From positions 2,666,001-2,730,000 of the forward strand of contig JBLDXI010000009.1 in assembly GCA_047495785.1 (NCBI GenBank): a DNA stretch of 64,000 bases, in the 5' to 3' direction. Both the position numbers and the translations under genes were made by a program. This document shows, piece after piece, positions 13,369 through 25,608 of this stretch (position 1 is its first letter; the number at the start of each line of letters is the position of its first letter). Below the pieces are notes generated by a model that did not search any database, had not been told where the DNA came from, and worked only from the letters and a program-made list of their open reading frames with translations. Origin of the DNA: Lepidodermella squamata (lineage: Eukaryota; Animalia; Gastrotricha).

Positions 13369-15274
13369 TCACGCTGCCTTTCTCCACTCATCATGAATAA
13401 CCGTTTTAGTGCGGGGGAAATATTCAAAAAACAGCCATGCGGTTATTGGAATGATCGCGATGTAAAATACACCGACAAGTCGGTCAAGGAGACGACCCAG
13501 TGTTATCCAATTGTGGTGGCAGTGAGTGTTTCCAGAGCACTTGCGTAGCTTCACTTCTTTTTTCTTGTTTTCTTCATGTTCCGACGCTTCGTCGTGGTTC
13601 GCACCGGAAAACTTGCCCGTTTCCGGGTTAAATAGGAACATGTCAGGGCGTATAGTTGATTTCATTGGCTCGGCAGTAGTTCGGCGGCATTCAGTTTTAA
13701 CGTCAGGCTGTATGCCGAGTACTCTAGATGTCGTCAACATCAGGGTACCAAGCGCACTACTTCCAGGATATCGCTGTATTTGAACAAATTTCAAACCCTT
13801 GAACAAGCCATTTTCAAGTCCTCTTACCTCCTGATTGCTTGATTTCTGAGAGATTGCTTGGGATAGACCTTGGAAGATTAATGCAGCGCCAATGTATACC
13901 TGTCAAAAATTAACGTCAAATCTACAATTTCATCATGAGATTGGGCGAACCATTTGAAGGTCGATATAGATGGTTAGGTAAGGTAAATTATCGGACGCAT
14001 GCGGCATGATTTGGCTGATCGTGTCTTGAAAGAACTGATATCCCAAAATCAGCGTTATTGAGATATCCACCTTGATGCTGTCAACAGACTGCGTTCAAAG
14101 GGAGTAACATTGGAAAGTTCGAAAGATTCTCAAACGCACCGGAAGGGCGAAGGTTGCTATTTCAAGAATCGTCATTATTAGGGCCGGGATCAAAATCGAC
14201 ACTATATAATATGATGCTTTCCGTTTGATGTTCATCTTGAAATAGACCTGTGAAGAAATTTGATTAAGGTGAACAATTCTTGAATTTCTCTGTTACCGCT
14301 TGCCAACACCAATCCGGGGTGTCTCCGTAGCAATCGATGAAGGTTTCTGCAACAGCATCCATCAGCGTCCACTGCTCGCTGATCTTGAAGTTGTCGACCG
14401 TCATGTTACCAGGAGCCAGGTATTGCTGCTTCGGGCCATACTGCCAGCTGCGGAGGATTGGAAATTGGCACATAAGGAAAAGCTACCTTACTTACCTCTC
14501 AAACACCAGGCCACATTGCTAAGGATTTTATAGGTTAATTCAATCATAACATTTACGCAGTAAATTGGCTTACGTGTTGGTCGAATGGAAAGAACCTTAT
14601 TTAAGCACAGCGGTAATTAGACAGTAATTATCGATATTAATTGTTACCTTAAATCGAAGGCGCATATGAATGCAACCTGTCTGGATGGCGTGTAGGTCAC
14701 TAGTCCATCTTTCCTAACTTTCAGCTTCATCTTTCTGGATCTTGTAAATTCGTACATGTTGCCACTACTGCTTGTGAAAGCCGTCAGAGAGTTCAATAAG
14801 CAATTTAGCCTCGGAAATATACTTTATAAGCGCCAAGTCAGGGATCCAGATTTCATCGGTATTAAACACTAGAAACTCAGTTGCATTGTACGGGGCGAGA
14901 CTGTTCCATTTCATAAAATCGTCAGTCCATACAGCGATCAATTTTCCAGTTACAACGACTTTCCGAACTTTTTCTATCTGTAAAAATGAATAAATTGAGA
15001 CAGAAAATATCAATCAGAATGCTTACGATGTCATTTATTGCGTAGAGCTCAAATCCTAGATTCACGTGTACTCCTTCGATGGCATTATACCTCGGTCGTC
15101 TGCCGGGATGATAGCCACTTAGCAATTTACTCGCCAACTCTGCTTCGGAGTAGTCTACAACAACAAAAAGAAACATGTCACAACAATCTATCGAGCTAGT
15201 CCACTCTTACTTGGATGATTTTTAGTATTCACAGAACCAGAGCAAAAGCAAATCAGTAAAATGAGTGAAAGCAT
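13369..15274 (-). CDS. Cys-loop LGIC subunit G6 (class B)
   Basis: MLSLILLICFCSG first exon, YHPGRRP, loop C DCYGDTPDWCWQA, M2 KVDISITLILGYQFFQD, CSGNTHCHHNW, ends WRKAA*. Confidence 0.9.
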
Positions 15275-15335
15275 CTAATAAACCAGAAATAATAATAGTC
15301 TTTAGTTGAAGCAATTTTTTGGAAACATCATCTTC

Positions 15336-17019
15336 TCATATTGTGGAATTAGATGAGTTGCTAAGGTTCATGTTTGTCATTTTAAAGGCAGGTGGCCGTG
15401 TTATGATCCCGTCGGTTCTAGTCGGAAGGTATCCGAACAGAATAGCAGGCGTAGCAGCAATGGCGAGCATGTAAATGATCAACCCAGCCCGTTGAACGAC
15501 CGAGCCGAACCTAAGCCAGTTTCGAGCTGCTATGCGCGACAGGCGCCGGCGCTCCTCGTTTGAGCCGTCGTAGATTGTGCCAAATAGCTCCAACATCCTT
15601 GCCTCCCGATCTTCTTCGTTCGAATCGGCCGAAACTGACGGAGCAGCACTGTTACGCTTTCTCAGGCCCAGATCGCGCTTATTGAAGCCTCGTAGCATTA
15701 GCAAACTTCTGATTATTTTATTGAGAATTGTGATTCCAGATTTTTCGATGGTTTTCGCCTTCTCGTGGCAATAGATAGCGACAGCTTGACAGGCAAGACC
15801 AAATACGATGTAGAAAGTTTGAATGTTCAGGTAATAGCAGAGCATAGGTATCCGCTCAGATGAGACTGGCATTTCCATGTTTACTGTTGCTTGGAAAGTT
15901 GTGTAGGCCAACATGCAAGTAACCGTAATCTCCAACTTCCCAGCGTCATTGTCCTGAAAAAAGCGGAAATTACAGTAAAACTGATTTCCAATGAGCGAAG
16001 ACTGTTAACCGGAATGATGAAGCTCACAATTCCTGTTACAGCAATGATTAATGACGGGACAATTATTGTAACCATAGGATAGACGCCCTTCCGCCTGATA
16101 AGGAAGAAGAACTCCATCTGGAAATTGAAAGTTTGCCGATATGTATTTTCATTCAAATTGTTATCAAACCCCCGAATAACATGAGTTGGCAGGTGAAAAG
16201 ATGACGCATTCATTGTAAAGCCGAACATCAGCCGCAATCACAGCCCATTGCTCATTATCCTCGAGCCGGTAGAAGTTGTAAGGCGGGTCGACAGCGGACA
16301 GCACAACTTGATTAACAGTGTCGCCGCTCATGAGGAAATTCATGCTGCAGTTTTGCTCGTCAAAGGGGAAGTAAGTCGGGTCCATGTTGCAAAACATAGC
16401 CACAGTTGCTTCCGGATTGAAGGCCATTGAGCCATCGGAGGAGAGGAGCATCATGAACCCTTGCGGGTCTATCATCACCACCTTATTATCTCTGAAAAAA
16501 CCCAGTAAATAAGCCGATAATTAGTTGGGAAAATGTTACGAGTTTATTAGAAGCAAATTCGGAATCCAGACTTCGTCAGGGAAAATTGCCATGATTGAAA
16601 TGGATTCATTGTAAATAGCAAGGTCATTCCAAGCCAGATACTCGTCTTTCCAAGTTATTGTCGGTGATGTCGTGGTTACAAATTGCGATGTTTTGATGTC
16701 GGCTTCATCGACCGCATAGACACTGAGTTGAATTTGGATTCCAATAGGCTTCGTCGCGTCCTTGATTGGCCTCCGCCGCTTCGAGTAGTTCGCAAATATA
16801 ATCCGCGACAGATCGGTTTCTGATACTGCGTTGAATAATGAAGTTCAAGGCTCAGAATCCTAATAACTTGAGAAACTTGCCTACTGGAGTCTTTGTGTCA
16901 ACAGTTTTTGACTCTTCAATCGGATAGGAAAGATTGGTGTTATTCTGTTCGAAGATGGAATCATTTGCCGATACAGGATTGGTTAAAAGAGCTTGCGCCA
17001 TTAAGATAATCTGTAACAT
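15336..17019 (-). CDS. Cys-loop LGIC subunit G7 (class C)
   Basis: MLQIILMAQALL, NYSKRRRP, Cys-loop CNMDPTYFPFDEQNC, loop C ECVIFSPANSCYSG, M2 KLEITVTCMLAYTTFQ, tail ITRPPAF. First intron is GC-AG. Confidence 0.9.
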
Positions 17020-17203
17020 TATTCCAACCTAAAAGACAAGTTTCGAATTATTATAGATTTACTTGAATTTGAATACAAATACACCAGGACCTGCCTAGCA
17101 CAGTCATACAGAATTTGGAATAATTCAAACCGGGTTTGCGAGAATTGATTGACATGCATTGATAGAGCTTAGCACTAAAGCCGAGTTATTCGATAGTCAA
17201 AGT

Positions 17204-19481
17204 TTAGCGAGGCTTGGAGAACATAGCTGGTAAGATGGAGAATATGACGATAGGCGTGATGGATATGCACATTATATAAATTATCAGAGTCATCCTTTCT
17301 ACAACGTCAGCAGTGAACAACCAGTCATGGCGATTGCGTTGAAGGCCAAGTTTAGCCGCTGAAATGAAGCTGGACTGGTGGCGAGCTCGGTGTTCCTGGG
17401 AATCTGGACCGCCAACGTACGGCACGGTCACCACCAAATGGGCGGAAACCTTTGACAGCGCCCCTGGGTTAACGTGGTGTTTACCTTTAACTCCCATAGA
17501 TTCTTCCTCCTCCATGGTCATTTCTTCGAGATCTGCGTGCTCCGAGCTTACGAACAGGCATTTTGCTACAACTTCGATGAGTGCCCTGAAAGCGCTCGGC
17601 ACGGGTCGCATGTTTTCGGCCTTACCTAAAGCCCAACAAATTTAGTTGAAGCTGCTATATACAGAATCGCTCTGGCTTACCAAGACAAATGAAGACCAGA
17701 GCTTCACCAAGAAGGGCGATGCCGATAAACCCCATTTGCAGATCGATATACTACAAATTTGAGAAGAAAAGTTCATTAAGCAAGATATCCTTGTACGAAC
17801 GCGTCGCGACTGAAGATACGAATCCGCAAAATTAAGGCCCTTTCAATTTTCATTCTTCCCTTCACTTTTTCAGTGACCATGTATTCGTTAGATAATTTTA
17901 GGCCAAACGTATTGAAATCATTGACTTCTATTCATATCAGTTGTTCGCGAAAATTTTGAAAAATCATCCATGCTTTATAAGCAAAGAATGTAGAACGGAG
18001 ATTTGTTTACTTAGTGTGGCCTCTGCGCTTCGCAATTACGGTAATAATAGAGGACCGAGAGATTCGAAAATTGGCATTGATTGATTGATGGGCTTTAATT
18101 TTACTGGAGCGGTAGATTATTTTCAACATCATCCTTTTCGACTTACAATCGACATGAGCGGTGTGTGTTCACTAGTTCGCGGCATGTCAGCGTTGATTGT
18201 GGTCTGAGATAAATATTAGCACAGGATATTTAAGTGATCGATTTCCAATTGTCCGCATTGACTCACCTGAAATACAGCATACGCGAGCAGGCAAGTGAAG
18301 GAGATGTGAACTTTCATGACCTCAGCAGTCGGTAGGGCGAAAATCACGATTTCGACAATGGCAATGATCAAACTCGGAATAATAATATTAACATTCTGAA
18401 AACCATCAAATTATACGAATAAAAATTCATTAAAACGGGAAACTAACATAGTAAGCAGCTTTCCGTTTGAAATTTATCACAAATTCAACCTTTTGAGAAA
18501 AGAAATTATGAAAAACTAAGAATGAGGTCATTTTTTACCCCGGGTTGGCAAGCTGCCAAGGTTACATGCGAGCAGTTCGGAGTATCTTTGAAGCCCGCAG
18601 CGCCCAAAACTTCCCAATGCTCGTTGACTTTTAGATTCGCTAAATTGACAGATGATTCGCCGATTTCCAGCGTTTGCTGATTTTCCTCGTACGTCCATGC
18701 TTCAAATCTCAGCTCGCAAGATTGATAGTCGAAACTAGGTAATAAAATTTCAGTCAAAAAAATCAGCGCGTAAACATGCCGAATAAGACCCACGGGAAAA
18801 ATGTCAAATCAACTTCGCAGAATGACGTGATTGTTGCCATGGGCAGATAGCTGACTTGGCCGTTGCTTTTCACTTGAGCCAGTATCCCCTCCGCCATCAT
18901 TAACGCATACATATCGCCGCTGTTGACAAGAGCAACATCAGGCACCCAAATCTCGTCACGTTCAACGGTCAGGCTGGTTATGCCTGAGAAGCGATCAGAG
19001 GCATTCCAAACCAGAAACTCGTCATGCCATAGCTAGACAAAGGAAATCAACAACTATTTTCAGCTTTCAGCTTTCAGCCTACCACTTGTAGAGCGCACGT
19101 TGTCCTCATTTCGTGATCCCTCTCAATCTAAAAAAGGTTAATTAAGGGTGTGACATCATAAAACTAGATTGCTCTCACAATTTCATTGATGTTGTAAACA
19201 ATGAGACTTATAGTGACATTGACCGCTTCTTGAGCTCGTTTCCGAGGCCGCCGATTTGGGGAATACGACGTGAATAATACTTCTTCTAGATCTTTCTCCG
19301 ATATGAACTCCTCCTCCCCTTCAGTTGTCCCATTTTTAGGGAGCGTAGCGTTTGTTGGTTCGATAAAGTCTGGCAGGGTACTGTTGGTAAAGCTAATCTC
19401 GGCCCCGTCCAATAACGAGCTGATTAATGGAAGACTAATCGCAGAAAATGACACGAGAAGCGGAACAGCGGAAGTTAACAT
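17204..19481 (-). CDS. Cys-loop LGIC subunit G8 (class A)
   Basis: YSPNRRP, IWVPDVALVNSG, CEVDLTFFP.FDYQSC, FEAWTY, loop C NCSHVTLAACQPG, M2 KVHISFTCLLAYAVFQ, M4 WLFTADVVER. Confidence 0.9.
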
Positions 19482-19778
19482 ATTGAAAAGTCTCAGAAAA
19501 CGCTATAAATGAATGTTGTCGCCAAAAAAAAAACAAGTTACGTGATAAAAATCGATGATTACCCATGAGTGCTCCTACTCAATTGCTAGGCAATGAACAG
19601 CGATTCATCGTCGCTATTTTTTTCATATAGGGAAATGACTATATACCAAATTTTATTTTTATTCGAAAGGCATGAAAAATTAACGCATGCTTTTAGATCG
19701 CATTTAAAATAGGATTTTCGATTAAATAAACCCATGTGACACTTGAAAATCATATGGTGGCGATTTCCAGGCTTTGTT

Positions 19779-21706
19779 TCAAACGCCTCGCCGCCACTCG
19801 GGATGAATTTGACTGGTGGTAGCTGGCAGAATGACAAATAGCGTCAAGACCGTTGCTAGCACGGCGGTAACGTAGAATGAATTAACGCATCGATTGGTCA
19901 CATCCGCCAGCGTCAACCAGTTATGGTGACATCGGAAATTTCCAGAACAAATTCGATGCGATTGCTCCACTTTAGGACGTTTCCGGTGATGATGCGGCTG
20001 AAACTTCGATTTTAGTGCCGTTGTGAAAAAATACATCGAATGGCCATTTTTGTCGATTTTCATCGTAACTGAGGGCAGAGTTATCGGGATTGGATCAGGC
20101 TTTGTGCTGCATTTGTCTCGGAGAACAGGCAATTCGATACCCAATAATTTCGAGGTCAATCTCAAAAATCGCAACATCCTTTCGGATAACAGAAAAATCT
20201 GAAATTCAATAAAAAATTGATGATAGGAACAATTCGATTTTGAGTGATTCTGAACCTTTCGACGATGAGCTTTACAAGTGAAATATTGAGCAAATGCCTG
20301 GCCAAACAGAGTTATCCCGATATATGCCTAAAATTAGTATTAAGCACAATAAATAAATAAATCTAGCGAAATGTCACCATTTGAAGGTCGATGTAGATGG
20401 TCAAGTAAGGCATGTACTGAGTTGTTCGAGGCATAATCATACTGATCGAATCTTGAAAAATTTGGTAGGCCAGCAAAATCGTGACAGATATTTCAACTTT
20501 CACGCTATCGTGGGACTTAAATTTCAATATTAATCTCTAATTTGTTTACAGAATTTCGCGAGTTCTTACCGGAAGCGGAAAAGTGACCATCTCCAACATG
20601 GTTATTATCAAGGAAGGAATCAGCACTGAAGTTACGTAGAAAGATGGCTTCCTTCTTAGTCTCATTCGAAAATGGACCTAAATCGTTCAATAATCAAGGC
20701 AATCAAGAGGAATGGAATCATTATTACGGCTGGGTAGCATAGGTCAGGTGTATCGTCGTAGCAATCGATGAAAGTTGATGTCGAGACATTTACCAGGGTC
20801 CATTGTTCGCTTGGGTTGTAGTCATCGACAACGAACCGACCTGCAGTGAACGTTTCCAGCTTAGCCCCATACTGCCAGCTACGAAAATCGATGTAAAAAT
20901 GAGCGTAAATGAGGTAAAATAAAACGAAATAAACAAACCTCTCAAAAATCAATCCACACTCCTTAAAAAAACATGAATAAATAGCGACGGCACTTAAAAA
21001 GGAGAAGCGCTTACGTGTTCGTCGAAAGGAAACAACCTGGGTGAAAAGACGATTTTTTTCAAATCTAATCCCAAAACTTGTCTCAAACCTTAAATCAAAG
21101 GCGCATGTAAACGATACGGTTTTAGATGGTTCGTAAATTACCAATCCATTTTTACGAACCCTAAGATTCAGGTTTCTTGACCGCGTGAAGGCGTACATAT
21201 TCCCACTACTGGATAATTTAGCGGAAAATTTATAATTAATCAAGGGATATTGTATCAAAGTTACTTGATTAAAGCTACGTCTGGCAGCCAGACCTCATCG
21301 GTATGAAAAACCAGAAAATCCTTCGAGCTGAATTCAGTCGAATTTTCCCAGATTAAAAAATCGTCTCGCCACTCCATTCGCAAGCATCCAGTAACAACGA
21401 CCTTTCGCATTCTTTCAATCTATTCGGTAAGAATTAAAATTGAAAATTAATTTAAAAAATCTCGAAATCGCTAACCACATCGTTGAGTTCGAACAGATGA
21501 AAGCTGAGTGCTACGTTGACTGGTTCGATTGCATCTAATCGAGGCCGTCGAAACGGCATATAATCAGCGAGTAATGAACTCGCCAGGTCAAATTCTAAAA
21601 TTATATAAAATTATTTCGAATTTTCGAAGGAACAACAATTACCTGAGAAATTTTCGGCTCGAACATTAATCGCTATTATAGCTAAGATGGCTAAAGTAAA
21701 AGCCAT
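19779..21706 (-). CDS. Cys-loop LGIC subunit G9 (class B)
   Basis: MAFTLAILAII, YMPFRRP, CAFDL, SWQY, loop C DCYDDTPDLCYPA, M2 KVEISVTILLAYQIFQD, CSGNFRCHHNW, ends WRRGV*. Confidence 0.9.
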
Positions 21707-21749
21707 GCTAAATACAATTAGATTTGATTAAATTTTCAAATGCATGATT

Positions 21750-23467
21750 TTATGTCGCTTTTCCATCTAACTGATACGCCGCTGGTCTTGTGATTAAACC
21801 AGGCGATACCGGAATATTTGACAAGTAAGCAATGGGTGTGATAATTATCAAGATCAAGTAAGAAATCCATCCTAATCTATCAATAATCACAGATAGTTTC
21901 CGCCATGTATATCTATGTTTTTGATCAGATTTCTTTGTCGATTGGAAGTCAAAAGCTGAAGGGTATGCAGTTCGTATCCGTATCTCCTTTGAAACGCAAA
22001 GACCTGAGTCGTAACGAGCTGGATCGTATTTTCCATACTGTTCCGGGAAATTCGCCTGGTTTATTGCTGTTTGAGGTTGCTTTCTGTACTTGGCAATGAA
22101 ATCTTCGAAAATTACTCGAGCATTTATGTGAGGAATTCGGGGTTTCCTAAACTGGAGAAAAGAACTCATTAAACGCAGATAGGTGTTGAAAGTTGGTACT
22201 TGAGAGTTGGTTTCAGACTTTTTTAAGCAAAATATCGCCAATCCTTGGCAAGTGAAAGCCCAAGCTACGTAAGCCGCTTGAAGGTTGATATATCCGCAAA
22301 TTAAAGGAACGCGATCTGATCGAGGCGTCTCGTAACGATTTATTGACGCTTGGAAAATCGTATGGGCCAAGAGACACGTCACAGTTATTCGAGTTTTGAC
22401 AACATCGTCTCGCTTAAAAAATCAATCAAAATACCTCACGAGAGATTAATTGACCGGGAAAACATACCGGTATGACGAAAGTCGCTAGAACAATAACAGA
22501 CAGGATGATAGATGGGATGATAAGAGATACCATGGTATAACCAAATTTTCTCCGGATTAATATGGAAAACTCGATCTATTAAGACAAATTATTATTTATT
22601 TAATTTTTTTTTCTAAATTTTACCCCTGAGTAGCATTTTACGCCCGAAATCTCAGTCGTGCAGTCGTTGAAAAGTTGGTGATGAGCAGCTTTCAGAGTCC
22701 ATTCTTCACTTTCCTCTAGTCGATAGAAATTCCAAACAGGATCGTACTCAACAATGACTAATTTCTCGACTTCGTCGCCGTATGCCACGAAAATCCAACT
22801 GCAGTTTTGCTCATCGAATGGGAAATAGGTGGGGTCCATATCGCAGTGGGTCGCGACATTCGCCTCTGGGTAGTACTGGGTATTTCCATCAGAAAGAAGG
22901 GAAAGCAAGAATCCTTCAGGCCTCAGTAACTCGGTTTTCTCCTCTCTGAAACAGCTATATATAAAATCAATTAATTTTCACTACAAAGACTCACGAGTTG
23001 AAAAGTAGGATATTAGGAATCCAAATTTCTTGCGGGAAAACCGTCAAAACTGGGACAGACTCGTTGTAGAGCAAATTATCGCTCCATTGAAGGTATTCAT
23101 CCTGCCAGTAAAGGGCTGGGGATGCTAGAGTTAACATCTCATTCCGCCTTATTTCCTTCGTAATTTAATCATTTTTATAAGTTGGGTCAAATATTTATGA
23201 GCTAATCTTACAGCTTCTTCAATGCCGAAAATGCTCAATTGAAACTTGACGATTACAGGCTTTGAAGCGTCTCGGACAGGTCGGCGGTGCTTTGAATAGT
23301 TTTTGAAGATGGATCGAGTTAGATCCTGCTCCGATATCGTACCTTTCGTACCTTTTTTCAGGCCAAAATAAGTTGAAAGATTGATTCAAAGACTTCCTAC
23401 CTCTTTCAGCTAAGTAGAGCGTGAAATTACATATAAGGGTAATTAGTACCAGATTTGATCTTTCCAT
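21750..23467 (-). CDS. Cys-loop LGIC subunit G10 (class C)
   Basis: NYSKHRRP, Cys-loop CDMDPTYFPFDEQNC, loop C DCTTEISGVKCYSG, M2 KTRITVTCLLAHTIFQ, tail ITRPAAY. Confidence 0.9.
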
Positions 23468-23703
23468 TAACGCAATAAAATATCAGGGACATTTTATTAT
23501 GACGAATAAAATTATCGAGATTGTAGAATTCTCGGCAGTTCGATTTTCTCCTGTCTAAATTGCCCTCGAAGGAAATGAATTTTTCAAGAAAAAACGCACG
23601 CAATGTTATCGTTTGATAATTTTTTATTTGACCGAAACGGATGAGACAGAAACAACGCCGACTATAAAAAAACATTGATATATCCATAATTAGAAGGCCA
23701 TAA

Positions 23704-25608
23704 TCAACCGTGATGATTTGGTAAACGAGAATAGCGTGCGGGTAAAATTGAGAAAACGACAAGAGGTGTAATTGATATGCACAGAACATAAATGATCAGC
23801 GTCAATCGTTCAGCAACATCGGCTATAAATAGCCACTCGTGCCTATTGAAATGATTCTTCTTCTCCGCAACCGCCGCCTTGTCGACCGTGTTGCTGAAAT
23901 GCGTCTTGAACACCATTTCAGGCACAATTCCGTTTTGCGCGTAATCACCTTCGATGCCCATGTTGCGGACGAGGTAGGAATCGTCGCCGAGCGGCGAGAC
24001 GCCGTTCATCTTCGGCAGATGGCCTAGGTAATCATCGGCAGAAATCGTCTCACCCATGTGCGAACCATCCGCATGGTCATGTTCGTGTTTTTCGAAGCTG
24101 TGTTCCTCTTGATCGGCGTTTTTCGAGTCAACTAGGATGATTTTCGCTACGAAGTGAGTGATTTTAACCACGCCAGAATTAACAGGCCGCAGATGCTCAG
24201 CTTGACCTAGGCAAATGAACACAATGCCCTCGCCCAGCAGAGCGATTCCAATAAATGCCATTTGAAGATCAATGTACTAAAAAATCATAATATATAAGGA
24301 TTTTTAATTAGGATTAAAAAATTACTATAGACATGAGGGGCGTGTGTTCACTAGTTCGAGGCATATCGGCGTTTATCGTTGTTTGGAAGACGGCATAGGC
24401 GAGAAGGCACGTGAATGAGATGTGCACCTTCATGACCTCGGGCGTCGGCAGGGTGAACACAACGATTTCAACTATCGCAATGATCAAACTCGGAATGATA
24501 ATATTAACATTCTGCGCGAAAACAAATCAGATAAAAAAACCCGCCTTAATAAAAATTTCAAATTACGTAATAAGCCGCTTTTCGCTTGAAATGCAGCGTG
24601 AATTCGACACCTGGATAGCAGTCGGCAGATGTTTGATTTGTTTGATTTTGAATAATCTGTAGGCACTCGTGATCTTCGAGCCAAGAGGCGTACAGAACTT
24701 CCCATTGCTCGTTGATTTTCAGTTTATCGAGATTTACAGGATTTTCTGCTAGCCGTATCATTTCCTGGTCTGGTTCATAGGTCCAAGATTCAAATCTCAA
24801 GTAACAGCTCTGATAGTCGAATCTGAGATAGTCATAATTAGAGTTAAATTTGGGAATAATTTCCTGTCTCACGGGAAGTAGGTCAAGTCAAGCTCGCAGA
24901 ATGAGCTAATTGTCGCCATGGGGAGGTACTCAACCAACCCGTCATTATGGACACTTGCCAGTATCCCATCTGCCATCATTAGTTCATACATATCGCCACT
25001 GTTAACCAGGGCAACATCGGGAATCCAGATCTCCTCGCGTTGAACTGTCAGGCTTTTAATCGGCGAGAAGCGTTCGGTTTCGTTCCAGATCAGAAATTCG
25101 TCGTACCATTTCTTAATTTAAGAAAAATTCAGGAAAAATAGCTTCGAACCGTGGAAAACCTACAACACTCAAAGCGCAGGTAATTCGCATTTCATGACTC
25201 TTCTCAATCTGAATTAGGCGAAAATTAAAGGACAAGTTTAAAAAATTCAAAAATGTATACTATATCGTTGATGTTGTAAATGTACATTCCAAGGAGGACA
25301 TCAACAGTGTCTTTTGCGTGTTTCCTCGGCCGTCGGTTGTGCGAGTAATTGACGAAAATAAGTTCGCCAAGTTCAAACTCGGTAACGGGAGTTTCCAAGG
25401 CTGTTTCATTTGAAGCTTCTGTTCCGTTCAGTGACAGAGTCTCGTTCAGTGTTCCGTTTATTGCCATAGTCTCGTTCATTGTAGCAGTTTCATTCAGCGT
25501 CTCCATCGTCACGGCTTCTTGAAAAAATGTCACATTATGATCTTGGAATAGCGATGCTGAATTTTGCAAAAATGCAAGAAAAATCACAAGTCCCACAAAT
25601 CGAGTCAT
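23704..25608 (-). CDS. Cys-loop LGIC subunit G11 (class A)
   Basis: N-terminus rich in NET/NGT sequons, YSHNRRP, CELDLTYFP.FDYQSC, FESWTY, long loop C ECLQIIQNQTNQTSADCYPG, M2 KVHISFTCLLAYAVFQ. Confidence 0.9.
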
